Numbered from the stretch's first letter, positions 45,832 to 56,018 are shown. The stretch is DNA of 64,000 bases from an uncultured Pseudomonadales bacterium (GCA_964447075.1 CAYUQY010000001.1:41202-105201); one strand, 5' to 3'. Notes: generated from the sequence alone by a model not told the origin. Translations and numbers: made by a program.

Positions 45832-46524
45832 ATGAATCCAACTCTTGAATCATCTTCTCAACCTTGGTCACTGGGACTATTTTCAGCCTTTACTCAACTC
45901 TTGGACTACTTGCCGCAACTCTTTGGAGCGATCGTAATCTGGTTAGTTGGACTGGTGACAGCCAAAGTAGTTCGTAAAGTTGTAGTAGAAACATTATCCG
46001 CTCTCAAGCTCTCAGCGGCAATGGAAAAAACACCATTGGGTCTTTTTCTCAAAAATGCTGAGATTAAACAAAAAATTGAAGATATTTTGGGAAGCCTTGC
46101 TTATTGGTTGATACTACTTGTGTTCTCACATGCTGTTGTGTCACTTTTGGGTCTTGAGACGCTTACAGGAGTCTTCAATCGCATCTTTGATTACTTGCCA
46201 CACGTCTTTGCTGCCATGATTATCTTCATTTTTGGTGTAGTTATGGCAGGAGTAGTAGAGAGCTTGGTCAAGGGATCTCTTCATGAAGCTGGGGGTGGAC
46301 ATACAGGTAGGTTTTTCTCCAAGGTTGCTAGCTACATGGTGATAACTATCTCTTTACTTGCTGGAGTAGCTGAACTAGGCATAGCCAGCGAGTTTATTAG
46401 GATGCTTTTCGCTGGTGTGGTCTTTGCTTTTGCATCAGGTCTGGGATTAGCCTTTGGTTTGGGGGGTCAGGACACGGTCAAAAAAATGATGATCAAGTGG
46501 TATGACAAATCTAAAGCTAAATAG
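45832..46524 (+). CDS. Small membrane protein with repeated conserved TM-helix modules (MscS-associated TM_helix-like)
   Basis: Two similar blocks (LLDYLPQLFGAIVIWLVGLV... and IFDYLPHVFAAMIIFIFGVVMAGV...). Confidence 0.4.
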   Translation: MNPTLESSSQPWSLGLFSAFTQLLDYLPQLFGAIVIWLVGLVTAKVVRKVVVETLSALKLSAAMEKTPLGLFLKNAEIKQKIEDILGSLAYWLILLVFSHAVVSLLGLETLTGVFNRIFDYLPHVFAAMIIFIFGVVMAGVVESLVKGSLHEAGGGHTGRFFSKVASYMVITISLLAGVAELGIASEFIRMLFAGVVFAFASGLGLAFGLGGQDTVKKMMIKWYDKSKAK

Positions 46525-48031
46525 AAAATACTTGCTGCCTATACTGTAATGCCTCTGCGATGTGGTTCTCTGTAATTTCATCGTTCTCAGCTAGGTCAGC
46601 TACTGTCCTAGCCACTTTTATTACCTTGTAGTAGCCTCTCACTGAGAGCTGCAACTTGGCACCAGCTTTTTTGAGAAGTGTGTCTGCTTTGAATGTTAAA
46701 GGGCAGAACTCCCCTATTTGTAGGTTGGATATGTTTGAGTTTGTGGTGTTTGGTGATGTTTTGTATCTCTGTTTTTGACGTAATCGAGCTTGAAGAACTT
46801 GGTTTAGAAGTACTTCAGATTCTGGTGCTTTTTTTTGGTTAGGTTGAATCAAGTCTAGAGGTACTTCACGAACCCTGATGCAGATATCGATCCTGTCGAG
46901 AAGGGGTCCAGAGAGTTTTTTTTGATAAGCAATCATAGTCATGGGACTACAACTGCAACGATGAATGAGCGATCCTGAGTGACCGCATGGACAAGGATTG
47001 GTGGCAGCTACTAAGGTGAAAGAGGCAGGGTATGAGGCGCTACCTATAGCTCTGGAGATAGTGATGGAACCAGTTTCCATAGGCTGTCTGAGTGACTCTA
47101 GGCATGATTTTGGAAACTCAAGTAACTCATCTAAGAATAGTACCCCTCTGTGAGCGAGTGATATTTCTCCCGGCTTGAGTTGAGCACCTCCTCCAATCAA
47201 GCCTACTTGTGAAGTGGTGTGATGAGGGCTGCGAAAGGGTCTGATTTTTATCAGTGACTGTGAAAGGCCCGCAATTGAGTAAATAGTAGTTACCTCTAAA
47301 GACTCCTGTTCCTCAAGTGGTGGGAGAATAGAAACTAGGGCTTGAGCCAACATGCTTTTTCCAGATCCAGGACTACCAGAAAGTAAGACGTTGTGGCCAC
47401 CAGCTGCTGCCAGCACTAAAGCCCTTTTTGCATGTGACTGACCAGTGATGTCGGCAAAATCAATTGAAGCTGTCAATGATTTTTGAGCAGTGTATGGACT
47501 GGAAACATGTTTGGGAAGCGGTTTGTCCAAGCGGTCAAAGTCGAGGTATTCTTGGAGATGAGAGATAGGGTGAATGTCGATACCCGTAATGGTGTTGAGC
47601 TCCGCTTCATTATCGATGGGAACAACTACGCGAGCTATACCTTGTGATCTGGCAAAAATGACCAGAGGCAAGCAACCCCTTATGTGACTAACTTTTCCAG
47701 TCAGAGAAAGTTCGCCAAAAAACATTGTTTGTGAAGTGTCGCGTTTGAGCTCTCCATACATCTTTAAAACTCCCACAGCTATAGCCAAGTCAAAGCCAGA
47801 TCCATGCTTAGGCACATCAGCTGGAGCTAGATTGACAACTGTTCGTTGGGGTCGAATGCGGATGGAGCAGTTTTGGATGGCTGAGGTTATTCTTTCCTTA
47901 GCTTCATCAACTGATTTGGAAGGTAGACCGATGACTATCAAGCAAGGTGTCCCACGACTGCCGTCTACCTCTACTACAATGGGTAGAGGTAGCAAGCCTA
48001 CGACTGTAGCTGTTTTGACTGATGCCAACAC
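46517..48031 (-). CDS. YifB/ComM family Mg-chelatase-like AAA+ ATPase (Lon-like N-domain plus ChlI-type ATPase)
   Basis: Walker A LLSGSPGSGKSMLAQAL, Walker B/sensor region, C-terminal ChlI-like tail. 504 aa. Confidence 0.8.
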   Translation of the reverse strand: MLASVKTATVVGLLPLPIVVEVDGSRGTPCLIVIGLPSKSVDEAKERITSAIQNCSIRIRPQRTVVNLAPADVPKHGSGFDLAIAVGVLKMYGELKRDTSQTMFFGELSLTGKVSHIRGCLPLVIFARSQGIARVVVPIDNEAELNTITGIDIHPISHLQEYLDFDRLDKPLPKHVSSPYTAQKSLTASIDFADITGQSHAKRALVLAAAGGHNVLLSGSPGSGKSMLAQALVSILPPLEEQESLEVTTIYSIAGLSQSLIKIRPFRSPHHTTSQVGLIGGGAQLKPGEISLAHRGVLFLDELLEFPKSCLESLRQPMETGSITISRAIGSASYPASFTLVAATNPCPCGHSGSLIHRCSCSPMTMIAYQKKLSGPLLDRIDICIRVREVPLDLIQPNQKKAPESEVLLNQVLQARLRQKQRYKTSPNTTNSNISNLQIGEFCPLTFKADTLLKKAGAKLQLSVRGYYKVIKVARTVADLAENDEITENHIAEALQYRQQVFSI

Positions 48032-48189
48032 AACTAGACTTGTATCACATGATTATTTAAAAAAGCGTAGAAAATAATTAACTGGGTAGAACAAGATACT
48101 TCTCCCAAACCAGCCGTTACATTCTTAACATGTACGATCAGTCATTATATTTGTGAATAGTATTTGAGTTGTGAAAAATCTATCAAGAA

Positions 48190-49233
48190 CTACTCTATAA
48201 GAACTGCTTGTTCCACCAGTCTATGACAGTAGCCCCATTCATTGTCATACCAGGCTACAACTTTGACCAAATCACCATCAACTACCTGTGTCAGCGAGAG
48301 GTCAACAATAGCCGACTCGCTGCGGCCTACGATATCTCTTGAGACAAGTGGTTCTGATGTGACAGCAAGAACACCTTGCCATCTAGGTGTGAGAGCAGCT
48401 TGTGAGAAGCTGGCATTAACTTCTTTGACAGTAGTAGGTCGAGCGGTCACAAAAACCATATCACTTAGCGAACCAACAGGTGTGGGGACTCTTATTGCCA
48501 AGCCATCGAAAAGGCCTTTGAGTTCTGGAATCACTTCACTCACAGCTGTTGCAGCTCCTGTGGAAGTGGGCACAATGTTCTCTGCTGCGGCTCTTGACCT
48601 GCGCATGTCCTTATGTGAGTTGTCGTGGAGATTTTGATCATCTGTGTAGGAGTGAATCGTGGTCATCATAGCTTTTTTGACACCAAAGGTAGAGTGCATA
48701 ATAGCTGCTACAGGTGCGACACAGTTGGTTGTGCAGGAGGCATTTGAGATGACAGAGCCACTTGGGGCATGACTGGAGACAGACCTGACATTGGTTGAGA
48801 TCTCACCGCCCTTAGCAGGAGCAGAGATAATTACGTGCTGAGCACCAGACTGTAGATGAAGTGAAGCTTTTTCAAAGGATGTAAAAGCTCCAGTTGACTC
48901 GATGACAGTTTGAACTTGGTGAGCTCTCCAGGGAATTTTGCTGGGGTCTCTCTGAGCAGTAACCATAATCTTGCGGTCTCCAATGTAGAGCTCGCCCAAA
49001 ACTGGATTTTGATCACTACAGTTTTTATTGCTTTGAAGTTGGGTGAAAGATATTTCGGCAGTAAATGGTCCATAATTTGAGTCGTACTTAAGTAAGTGTA
49101 CCCAGTCGCCTATAGGCATTGATCCAGAGGTGTTGATGAGTTTGAGCTCTACGTGATCGCGATATTTTTGCCACCAGACTCTAAATGAGGTTCGACCGAT
49201 GCGTCCAAAACCGTTGATGCCAAATGTTTTCAT
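48190..49233 (-). CDS. gap: Glyceraldehyde-3-phosphate dehydrogenase. The start is set at the internal Met in MKTFGINGFGRIGR; the ORF-track start at 49338 is an upstream extension.
   Basis: NAD-binding GINGFGRIGR. Catalytic SCTTNC. About 347 aa from the internal start. Confidence 0.85.
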   Translation of the reverse strand: MKTFGINGFGRIGRTSFRVWWQKYRDHVELKLINTSGSMPIGDWVHLLKYDSNYGPFTAEISFTQLQSNKNCSDQNPVLGELYIGDRKIMVTAQRDPSKIPWRAHQVQTVIESTGAFTSFEKASLHLQSGAQHVIISAPAKGGEISTNVRSVSSHAPSGSVISNASCTTNCVAPVAAIMHSTFGVKKAMMTTIHSYTDDQNLHDNSHKDMRRSRAAAENIVPTSTGAATAVSEVIPELKGLFDGLAIRVPTPVGSLSDMVFVTARPTTVKEVNASFSQAALTPRWQGVLAVTSEPLVSRDIVGRSESAIVDLSLTQVVDGDLVKVVAWYDNEWGYCHRLVEQAVLIE

Positions 49234-49358
49234 GACGTTTAGGATACACTTTCCGCAAAAGAAAGACAAAAGAAATTTTTTAATCTGTAGCTGCTCCACC
49301 AACCACCAACCTACCATATTTACACAATGGCCAACCATTGATAGATTGGAAGAGGCTG

Positions 49359-50378
49359 CTAAGGTTTAAGCTTAGACTCGTCTGCAGCTTCGATAGCTGG
49401 TAGTGATTTATGAGCTAGATAGTACAACAAAGCTCCTCCTCCACTACTTACATAGGAGAAAAGTTTTTTTTGCTCAGGGAGTAAGCTACTCACAGCAGCT
49501 TCAGTGTCTCCCCCACCCATGACTTTATAACCACCACACCTTTCTATTGCTGCTATAACACTTTTTGTGCCCTCTGCATGTTTACCATCCTCGTAGTAGC
49601 CCATTGGTCCATTCCAGACTAGTGTTTTGGCTTCGACAATGAATCTCTCAAACTGGAGCGCTGTGTCAGGTGAGATATCCAAGCCATCTTCTGTTAGTTT
49701 TCCAATGATCATTCGGCGCGACTTGATGCCTCTAGCTACTGCTTCTGAGGCTAGTTTTCCTCCTAAGAGAATGACCTCGACTTGGCTCTCCATTTTTTGA
49801 AGTAACTCTAACTTTGTGTCAACTTTTGCTCCACCAAGAACAAGAATAAAAGGCCTTTTAGCTGGATGTATAAGCTTATTCATCACTGTCATTTCTTCTT
49901 CAAAACGCAAGCCAAAAAGAGTAGGTAGGACTTTAGGCAAAGTAGTGATGGATGTATGACGTCGATGAGATGTGGCAAAAGCATCGTTGACGAAAAGATC
50001 GAATCCTTTGGCAAGCTCAGTAGCAAACTCCAGACTTTCTGTCTCTTCGCGTGGATCGAATCGCAGATTCTCTCGCACATCTAGCCACTCAGTGAGTTGA
50101 TTGGAAGAACACTTGGCAAATGCTTTTTGTTCGCCAAGAAATATATACATTTTTTTGGCAATACTTTCTAAACTGTCAACTTTTGTAGAGAGATTGTGGT
50201 GACCATGATGAGCAATTACTGTGACGTGTGAAGCCTTGTTTTTCCAGAGGTAGGCAAGCGTAGGTAGGGCATCCTGCATTCTGGTTAGGTCAAACACTTT
50301 TTTGACAAGTGGTAGATCGAGATCTAAACGCAGTAGAACGCTTTTTCCTGATGGATTAAATGATGAGAGATAGTTCAT
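49359..50378 (-). CDS. pgk: Phosphoglycerate kinase (short form)
   Basis: N-domain RLDLDLP...D.TRMQDALPTLAYL. C-domain AKTLVWNGPMGYYE...GGGDTEAAV. 339 aa. Confidence 0.7.
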   Translation of the reverse strand: MNYLSSFNPSGKSVLLRLDLDLPLVKKVFDLTRMQDALPTLAYLWKNKASHVTVIAHHGHHNLSTKVDSLESIAKKMYIFLGEQKAFAKCSSNQLTEWLDVRENLRFDPREETESLEFATELAKGFDLFVNDAFATSHRRHTSITTLPKVLPTLFGLRFEEEMTVMNKLIHPAKRPFILVLGGAKVDTKLELLQKMESQVEVILLGGKLASEAVARGIKSRRMIIGKLTEDGLDISPDTALQFERFIVEAKTLVWNGPMGYYEDGKHAEGTKSVIAAIERCGGYKVMGGGDTEAAVSSLLPEQKKLFSYVSSGGGALLYYLAHKSLPAIEAADESKLKP

Positions 50379-50478
50379 AATTTTTTTTAGACAGCAACTG
50401 CTGAAGTTTTATAAAATAATCTATTTAGTTTGTTTGGAAGAAATATGATATTTAGCCAAACCATAGTAATTATTCAGC

Positions 50479-51222
50479 TTAATGAAGTTCTGTTTTGACA
50501 TCATTGCTAACATAGGTACCGACATCTTCACCTCTGACAGCTTTCTGCAAATTGTCATGATCAAAGAGTTTGAAGACCATGACCGGCATGTTATTTTCTC
50601 GACACATGGCTATTGCGGCGGTGTCCATAACTTCTACACCAGTGCTGATGGCATCTGCAAAAGACAGAGTTTTGTATCTTTTGGCTTCTGGAAACTTGGC
50701 AGGATCTTTTTCGTAGATTCCGTTGACTTTAGTGGCTTTCATAAATACGTTACAGTGAAGCTCTAGAGCATGGAGTGCAGCTCCAGTGTCTGTAGTGACG
50801 TAAGGAACTCCGGTGCCTGCAGCAAGTATGACTACTCGACCTTTTTCCATGTGTCTGATAGCTTTACGTCGAATAAAACTTTCAGCTACGGCAGGCATTT
50901 GCAAGGCTGACTGAACTCTACTAGGCACGCCTACTTTCTCAAGCGCGTCTTGCAAGGCTAAGCCATTCATGACCGTAGCTAGCATACCCATGTAGTCAGC
51001 CGTTGCTCTCTCTATGCCATTTTTTGAGCCAGCTAGACCTCTAAAGATATTACCCCCACCGATCACAACAGCTACTTGTGCTCCCTCTGAGTGAGCTTCT
51101 TGGATGCGACGAGCAACTGTCAAAGCCGCTTGAGGATCTATACCGTACTCACGGTCTCCAAGGAGTGACTCTCCACCTACTTTTAGCATAATACGTGCAA
51201 AGCGAGGTTTTAACATAGTCAT
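50479..51222 (-). CDS. pyrH: UMP kinase
   Basis: RIMLKVGGESL...VAVVIGGGNIFRG and the rest of the amino-acid-kinase fold. 247 aa. Confidence 0.85.
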   Translation of the reverse strand: MTMLKPRFARIMLKVGGESLLGDREYGIDPQAALTVARRIQEAHSEGAQVAVVIGGGNIFRGLAGSKNGIERATADYMGMLATVMNGLALQDALEKVGVPSRVQSALQMPAVAESFIRRKAIRHMEKGRVVILAAGTGVPYVTTDTGAALHALELHCNVFMKATKVNGIYEKDPAKFPEAKRYKTLSFADAISTGVEVMDTAAIAMCRENNMPVMVFKLFDHDNLQKAVRGEDVGTYVSNDVKTELH

Positions 51223-51254
51223 TCCCTTTCTTATTTAGTCCATGGAGCTACGAA

Positions 51255-51719
51255 TTATTTATTATCTGTTCTTAAGTTGTTAATTTTTTCGAGCACTTGG
51301 TTCTCTACATGAAGCTCTTTTTTTTGATAGTTCACAAGTTTTTCTAAGATCACGGTTTGCTGAAGATTTATTTTTTCTACTTGATCTACTGTGTGTTTCA
51401 TTAGCGTAATATGCTTACGCAGCTCTCGCTCGGCCCTATTGGCAGCAGCAGCTACAAGAAAGCCTATATACAGCTCTGCCAAAGTGGTGATGGTGTTGAG
51501 TGGAAAGTTCCAGGCATTGGAGGTAAACCATTCTGGTAGGAAGCCTCCCTGAATAAAGAGATTTTGTTGAGTGAATCCGAGGAAAAACCAGATGAAGACG
51601 GCTAGTATCCAGAAAATAATATTGGTAGGTGTGCCCATTCCAAAACTAACGGCATCAGCTAGTTTTAAAAATTTTTTATCTAAAGGTGAGAGATTTTTTT
51701 CAGGTGTGTCTAGACTCAT
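51255..51719 (-). CDS. Hypothetical small membrane protein (two TM plus a C-terminal coiled coil)
   Basis: Hydrophobic core IIFWILAVFIWFFLGF and LAELYIGFLVAAAA. Heptad-like C-terminus. Confidence 0.35.
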   Translation of the reverse strand: MSLDTPEKNLSPLDKKFLKLADAVSFGMGTPTNIIFWILAVFIWFFLGFTQQNLFIQGGFLPEWFTSNAWNFPLNTITTLAELYIGFLVAAAANRAERELRKHITLMKHTVDQVEKINLQQTVILEKLVNYQKKELHVENQVLEKINNLRTDNK

Positions 51720-51780
51720 GGGCGACTTTTTTATTAAATCCTGTGCAGTGAATATATATCATATTTACAAATATGCCATC

Positions 51781-52812
51781 TCAAAGATGAAATTTAGCTT
51801 TTAGCTTCAAAAATTTCCAGCGATAAGTTTCGAGGAAGCGATAGAGTGGGTAAAGTGAGTGATTGATAACCAAATCATAAGTACCTAGAAACTCCATCAT
51901 GTCGCCACCATAGCCTTTTTTAAATCTGTGAAAGCCAAAAAAAGAATCACTTTCCTTGGCATCTGGCCCAAGACAGCCCCAAACATCAAAAAATTTACAG
52001 CCATTCTGTTTACCAAACTTGATCATTTCCCACATCATGAGGTTGCTGGGCATGGCTTCTCTACCTATCGTGCGTGAAGCTCCATAGGGATAGTACAGGA
52101 CGTCATTGATGATGAACATCACCCAGGAAACTAGTGGCTTACCATCCAAGACAGCATGGAAAATTCTGATTATGCCACTTTTGCCCATGACTTGCCAGAT
52201 ATTTCTAAAGTACTCAGGAGTGTGAGCATAGAAACCTTGACGCGAGGTAGTCTCCTGCAGAATAGAGATGTACTCTTCCATTCCTTGTTCTGATGTGTCT
52301 TCAACAATCTGGACTCCCTTGCGGAAGGCTAGATTTACGTTGTAGCGAGTTTTACTGTTCAGTCGGGAAAACAGAGCATCCTCGTCACCGCTCAAATCAA
52401 TAAAAAAAGTATGTTTGGCAAAGAATGGTCTTCCTGGCTCACAGCCATGGTCTCTGAGAAACTTGGAGATCTGTGCGTGCGCCGAAGGCTCCCCTACTTT
52501 GGCAGCTATATTTGGTTCAATTTTGACAAAAATAGCTTTGTGTTTTTTGGCTAGTTGGGTGAGGGTACTAAGTTGTTCTTCGTCCGGCATCATTCCTCTA
52601 GGAAAGTAGCCAATTGTGAAGCTAGTAAAAGGCAACTTATGAAAGAATACCTGATAAGCTTTTTTGAGAGTTTTTCCCTGAAAGAAACCAATCCGTTCTA
52701 CAGTGTGTCCGCTTTTTTGGCGAAACTCTCCCCACTCCCAAGATTGGACGGGGTGAGTGATTATTTGGTTGTAGAGAACACGTTGAGACTCATCGATGGG
52801 TCGAATAAGCAT
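51781..52812 (-). CDS. FemAB-family peptidoglycan interpeptide-bridge aminoacyltransferase (GNAT-fold pair)
   Basis: Length (343 aa) and N-terminal pattern WEWGEF...FTIGYFPRG. Overall resemblance to the FemX/FemA family. Not a strict motif match. Confidence 0.55.
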   Translation of the reverse strand: MLIRPIDESQRVLYNQIITHPVQSWEWGEFRQKSGHTVERIGFFQGKTLKKAYQVFFHKLPFTSFTIGYFPRGMMPDEEQLSTLTQLAKKHKAIFVKIEPNIAAKVGEPSAHAQISKFLRDHGCEPGRPFFAKHTFFIDLSGDEDALFSRLNSKTRYNVNLAFRKGVQIVEDTSEQGMEEYISILQETTSRQGFYAHTPEYFRNIWQVMGKSGIIRIFHAVLDGKPLVSWVMFIINDVLYYPYGASRTIGREAMPSNLMMWEMIKFGKQNGCKFFDVWGCLGPDAKESDSFFGFHRFKKGYGGDMMEFLGTYDLVINHSLYPLYRFLETYRWKFLKLKAKFHL

Positions 52813-52874
52813 AAGTTGCAGTACTGGAGCTCCAAAAATATGGGTAATCTCAGGCGAAAGTATACACTAATTTA

Positions 52875-54956
52875 CTACTGCTCTATGAAGGTGGCGATAT
52901 CTAGCTCGCCACTCAAGAGGTCATCAAGTACTCCTTCATCCAGTGGTACGTAGCGCCTAGAGTTACTTTGGGCTTGAACTTGGGCTTGAGATTGAGAATC
53001 AGACTTCTGGGACCTATTTTTATTTGCAGTACGGTTCGCAGTTCCTAGCTTAGAGTTATACCAGCTGGGAGAGTTTGCGCGTGAAGCAGCATAGCCAAAG
53101 TTGGAGTTTGTTTCATACAGGGTTGAGAGTTCTTTTGTGATTAATTTTTCTGGAATATCGCTCAAAAAACGGCTAGGAAGATTGGGGGTAATGCTTCCGT
53201 AAACCAGTCTTTTTCTAGCGTGAGAGAGATAAAGGTGGGTCTTAGCTCTGGTGATGCCTACATAACACAGCCGTCTTTCTTCCTCGAGTTGATCGTTATC
53301 TAGAAGTGACCTGGAGTGAGGTAACAAGCCTTCTTCCAGGCCTACCATAAAGACGATGGGAAACTCCAATCCTTTTGCAGAGTGAAGGCTCATCAAAGAT
53401 ACGACATTTTGGAGGTCCTTTTGAGGTGCGTCAGACATCTCTTCACTCTGGATCAAAGATACATTTTCTAAAAAGCTGGTAATTGAGTCAAATTGACTGG
53501 CCACGGCTAGGAGCTCAGATATGTTCTCTAGTCTACTGAGATCTTCACTATCGTGGGGGTCAAATCTTGCTTTGTACTTTGTTTGGTCGAGAATACTCTC
53601 TAAAGCAGGTGCAGGTGCAAGAGAGTTGGTTGGGACTTGATTGAGCTTTACCCAGGCAATAAAAGCTTCAAATTTTCTTTTGCCTATTTTGAGAACTCTC
53701 TCTTTTGCCAGCCGTTCATTTTCATTGAGACAGAGTCTTAAGTATGCCAAGAGATCCTTGATCTCTTTGCGGGCATAGAACTTTACTCCACCTACAATTC
53801 GATATGGAATGCCCTGACGTATGAAGGCTTCTTCAAAGGCTCTGGACTGAGCATTGGTGCGATAGAGAACAACCCTGTCACTGTAGTCGTACTCAAAATC
53901 TCGAGTCAAAATATACTGGGCGATTTTATTTGCCTCATCCTCACCACTACTTGCTTCGTAGAGAGTCAATGGTTCGTTCCCAGTTGATTCTGTCCAGAGG
54001 TTGAGAACGGGATGTGTGGTATTTTTAGAAATGACCTGAGTGGCTGCATCTAGTATAGTCTGAGTTGAGCGGTAGTTTTGTTCTAGACGATAGGTAGAGA
54101 GCGTAGGAAACTGGGTGGTCATCAACATCATGTTGCGGTAGTCAGCTCCTCTCCAGGCATAGATAGATTGTGAAAAATCGCCCACCACAAATAAATTATT
54201 TTGAGGCAAGCTGAGGAGCTTACTAAGTACATACTGGACTTTATTGGTGTCTTGATACTCGTCTATGAGGACATGGATAAACTGAGCTTGATACTGGTGT
54301 AAAACCTGTGGATAGTTCTGAAGTAGTTGGACAGTTTTTACTAGCAGATCATCGAAGTCTAGGGAGTGATTTTCATGTAGTTCATGTTGGTAGAGTGGAT
54401 AGACTTTAGTCACAAAACTAGCAAACGCTCCTCTAGCAGTTTGAGAGTATTCATCAGGATGGAGTAACTCATTTTTAGCATCAGAGATAGCAGACTTGAC
54501 AGCTCTTGGAATGAACTCCTTTTCATTCCAATTTTTTTGTTTGTAGAGGTTTTTAATAAGATCCAACTGATCATCACTATCCAGGATTATGAAGTTGGCT
54601 GGTATGCCCAGCAAATAGCCGTGTTTACGCAATATTTTGGCGCAGATTCTGTGAAAAGTACCAGCAAAAGGGAGAGATTGGTTGCTTAAATGAAGTAGTC
54701 GATCGGAAATCTCTTTAGCAGCTTTGTTGGTGAAGGTAACGAGTAGTAGACTCTCGGCTGGAATATTTCTTTCGGCCATTAGCCAAGCAGCTCTTGTAGT
54801 TAGAACTCTAGTCTTGCCGCTTCCTGCGCCTGCAAGGACCATAGCTGGGCCTGTCTCGTGAGTTATGGCTTGTTTTTGTTGCTCGTTGAGTCCGTCAAAG
54901 AGTAGTGATAATTTACTAGACATGTTTGTCATGTTAGCATACTCAAGATGAAGCAC
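52875..54956 (-). CDS. UvrD/PcrA-family ATP-dependent DNA helicase. Likely true start at MSSKL, about 54923.
   Basis: Walker A MVLAGAGSGKTRVLTTR, helicase motifs through VGITRAK. C-terminal low-complexity tail. Confidence 0.85.
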   Translation of the reverse strand: MLHLEYANMTNMSSKLSLLFDGLNEQQKQAITHETGPAMVLAGAGSGKTRVLTTRAAWLMAERNIPAESLLLVTFTNKAAKEISDRLLHLSNQSLPFAGTFHRICAKILRKHGYLLGIPANFIILDSDDQLDLIKNLYKQKNWNEKEFIPRAVKSAISDAKNELLHPDEYSQTARGAFASFVTKVYPLYQHELHENHSLDFDDLLVKTVQLLQNYPQVLHQYQAQFIHVLIDEYQDTNKVQYVLSKLLSLPQNNLFVVGDFSQSIYAWRGADYRNMMLMTTQFPTLSTYRLEQNYRSTQTILDAATQVISKNTTHPVLNLWTESTGNEPLTLYEASSGEDEANKIAQYILTRDFEYDYSDRVVLYRTNAQSRAFEEAFIRQGIPYRIVGGVKFYARKEIKDLLAYLRLCLNENERLAKERVLKIGKRKFEAFIAWVKLNQVPTNSLAPAPALESILDQTKYKARFDPHDSEDLSRLENISELLAVASQFDSITSFLENVSLIQSEEMSDAPQKDLQNVVSLMSLHSAKGLEFPIVFMVGLEEGLLPHSRSLLDNDQLEEERRLCYVGITRAKTHLYLSHARKRLVYGSITPNLPSRFLSDIPEKLITKELSTLYETNSNFGYAASRANSPSWYNSKLGTANRTANKNRSQKSDSQSQAQVQAQSNSRRYVPLDEGVLDDLLSGELDIATFIEQ

Positions 54957-56018
54957 AGCAAAGTAGCAATTATTGGATCAGGTCCAAGTGGGTACACGGC
55001 TGGAGTCTACGCAGGTAGAGCTGCTCTTTCTCCTCTATTATTTGCTGGAGAAAGTAGCGGCGGTCAGCTGATGAACACCACGGTGATAGAGAACTATCCA
55101 GGATTTCCGGATGGTAAGGATGGTCCTGAGCTGATGATGGCCATGCGGTCTCAAGCGGAAAAATTTGGAACAGTGGTTCAAGATATTTTTATAACTGCAG
55201 TTGATCTGTCGTCTAGGCCATTTCGCTTGTGGAGCAACTTACCTGATGATTTTGATGTTAGAAAGTTTGGGGCTGAGATGAGTTCAGATGAGAGCTTGGC
55301 TCTGAGAAAAAACATCATGTCTCAGCTAGCCTCTTATACTGCTGATAGTTTGATTTTGGCTCTGGGAGCTACTTCAAAGATGCTAAATGTGGAGGGTGAG
55401 CAACAATTTCTAGGTCGAGGAGTTAGTACTTGTGCTGTTTGTGACGCAGCTTTTTTTAGAGAAAAAACCACTGTCGTGGTGGGTGCAGGTGATACGGCTT
55501 GTGAGGATACACTGGCACTGACTAAGTTTGCCAAAAGCGTTTTACTCTTGGTTAGAAGTGACAAGATGAGAGCTAGCAAAGTTATGCAAGAGAGGGTCAA
55601 GAATCATCCCAAAGTGAAAGTGAGGTACTGGTCGAGTATTTCCCAGATTATGGGCGAGGGTGTCGTTAAGCAAGTAGTTATTAAAAATACTCAAGATAAT
55701 TCTCAAGAGACTTTGCAAGTGGATGGAGTTTTTATTGCCATTGGTCACTCCCCTATGACTCAGATTGTGTCTGGTCAGCTGGAGTTGGACTCACATCGCT
55801 TTATAGTGACACGTCAGAGTCCGTCGGCTCAGGGAGTGAAGATGGCGCAGACAGCTTTGAGTGATCTGGGTTTGGTTACTTTTCCGTCTATGACTTCTGT
55901 GGAAGGGGTTTTTGCAGCTGGTGACTGCGTAGATACTCGCTACTGGCAAGCCGTCACAGCAGCTGGCGCCGGCTGTATGGCTGCAATTGATGCTGAGAGA
56001 TGGTTGGAGAATAGGTAG
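54948..56018 (+). CDS. trxB: Thioredoxin reductase with an internal ~35-aa insertion
   Basis: FAD motif VAIIGSGPSGYTAG, redox-active CAVC, NADPH motif VVVGAGDTA, C-terminal GDCVD. 356 aa. Confidence 0.85.
   Translation: MKHSKVAIIGSGPSGYTAGVYAGRAALSPLLFAGESSGGQLMNTTVIENYPGFPDGKDGPELMMAMRSQAEKFGTVVQDIFITAVDLSSRPFRLWSNLPDDFDVRKFGAEMSSDESLALRKNIMSQLASYTADSLILALGATSKMLNVEGEQQFLGRGVSTCAVCDAAFFREKTTVVVGAGDTACEDTLALTKFAKSVLLLVRSDKMRASKVMQERVKNHPKVKVRYWSSISQIMGEGVVKQVVIKNTQDNSQETLQVDGVFIAIGHSPMTQIVSGQLELDSHRFIVTRQSPSAQGVKMAQTALSDLGLVTFPSMTSVEGVFAAGDCVDTRYWQAVTAAGAGCMAAIDAERWLENR

Noticed and set aside
48242-48637. 131-aa +strand ORF
   Set aside because: It lies fully inside, and antisense to, the well-supported gap gene.
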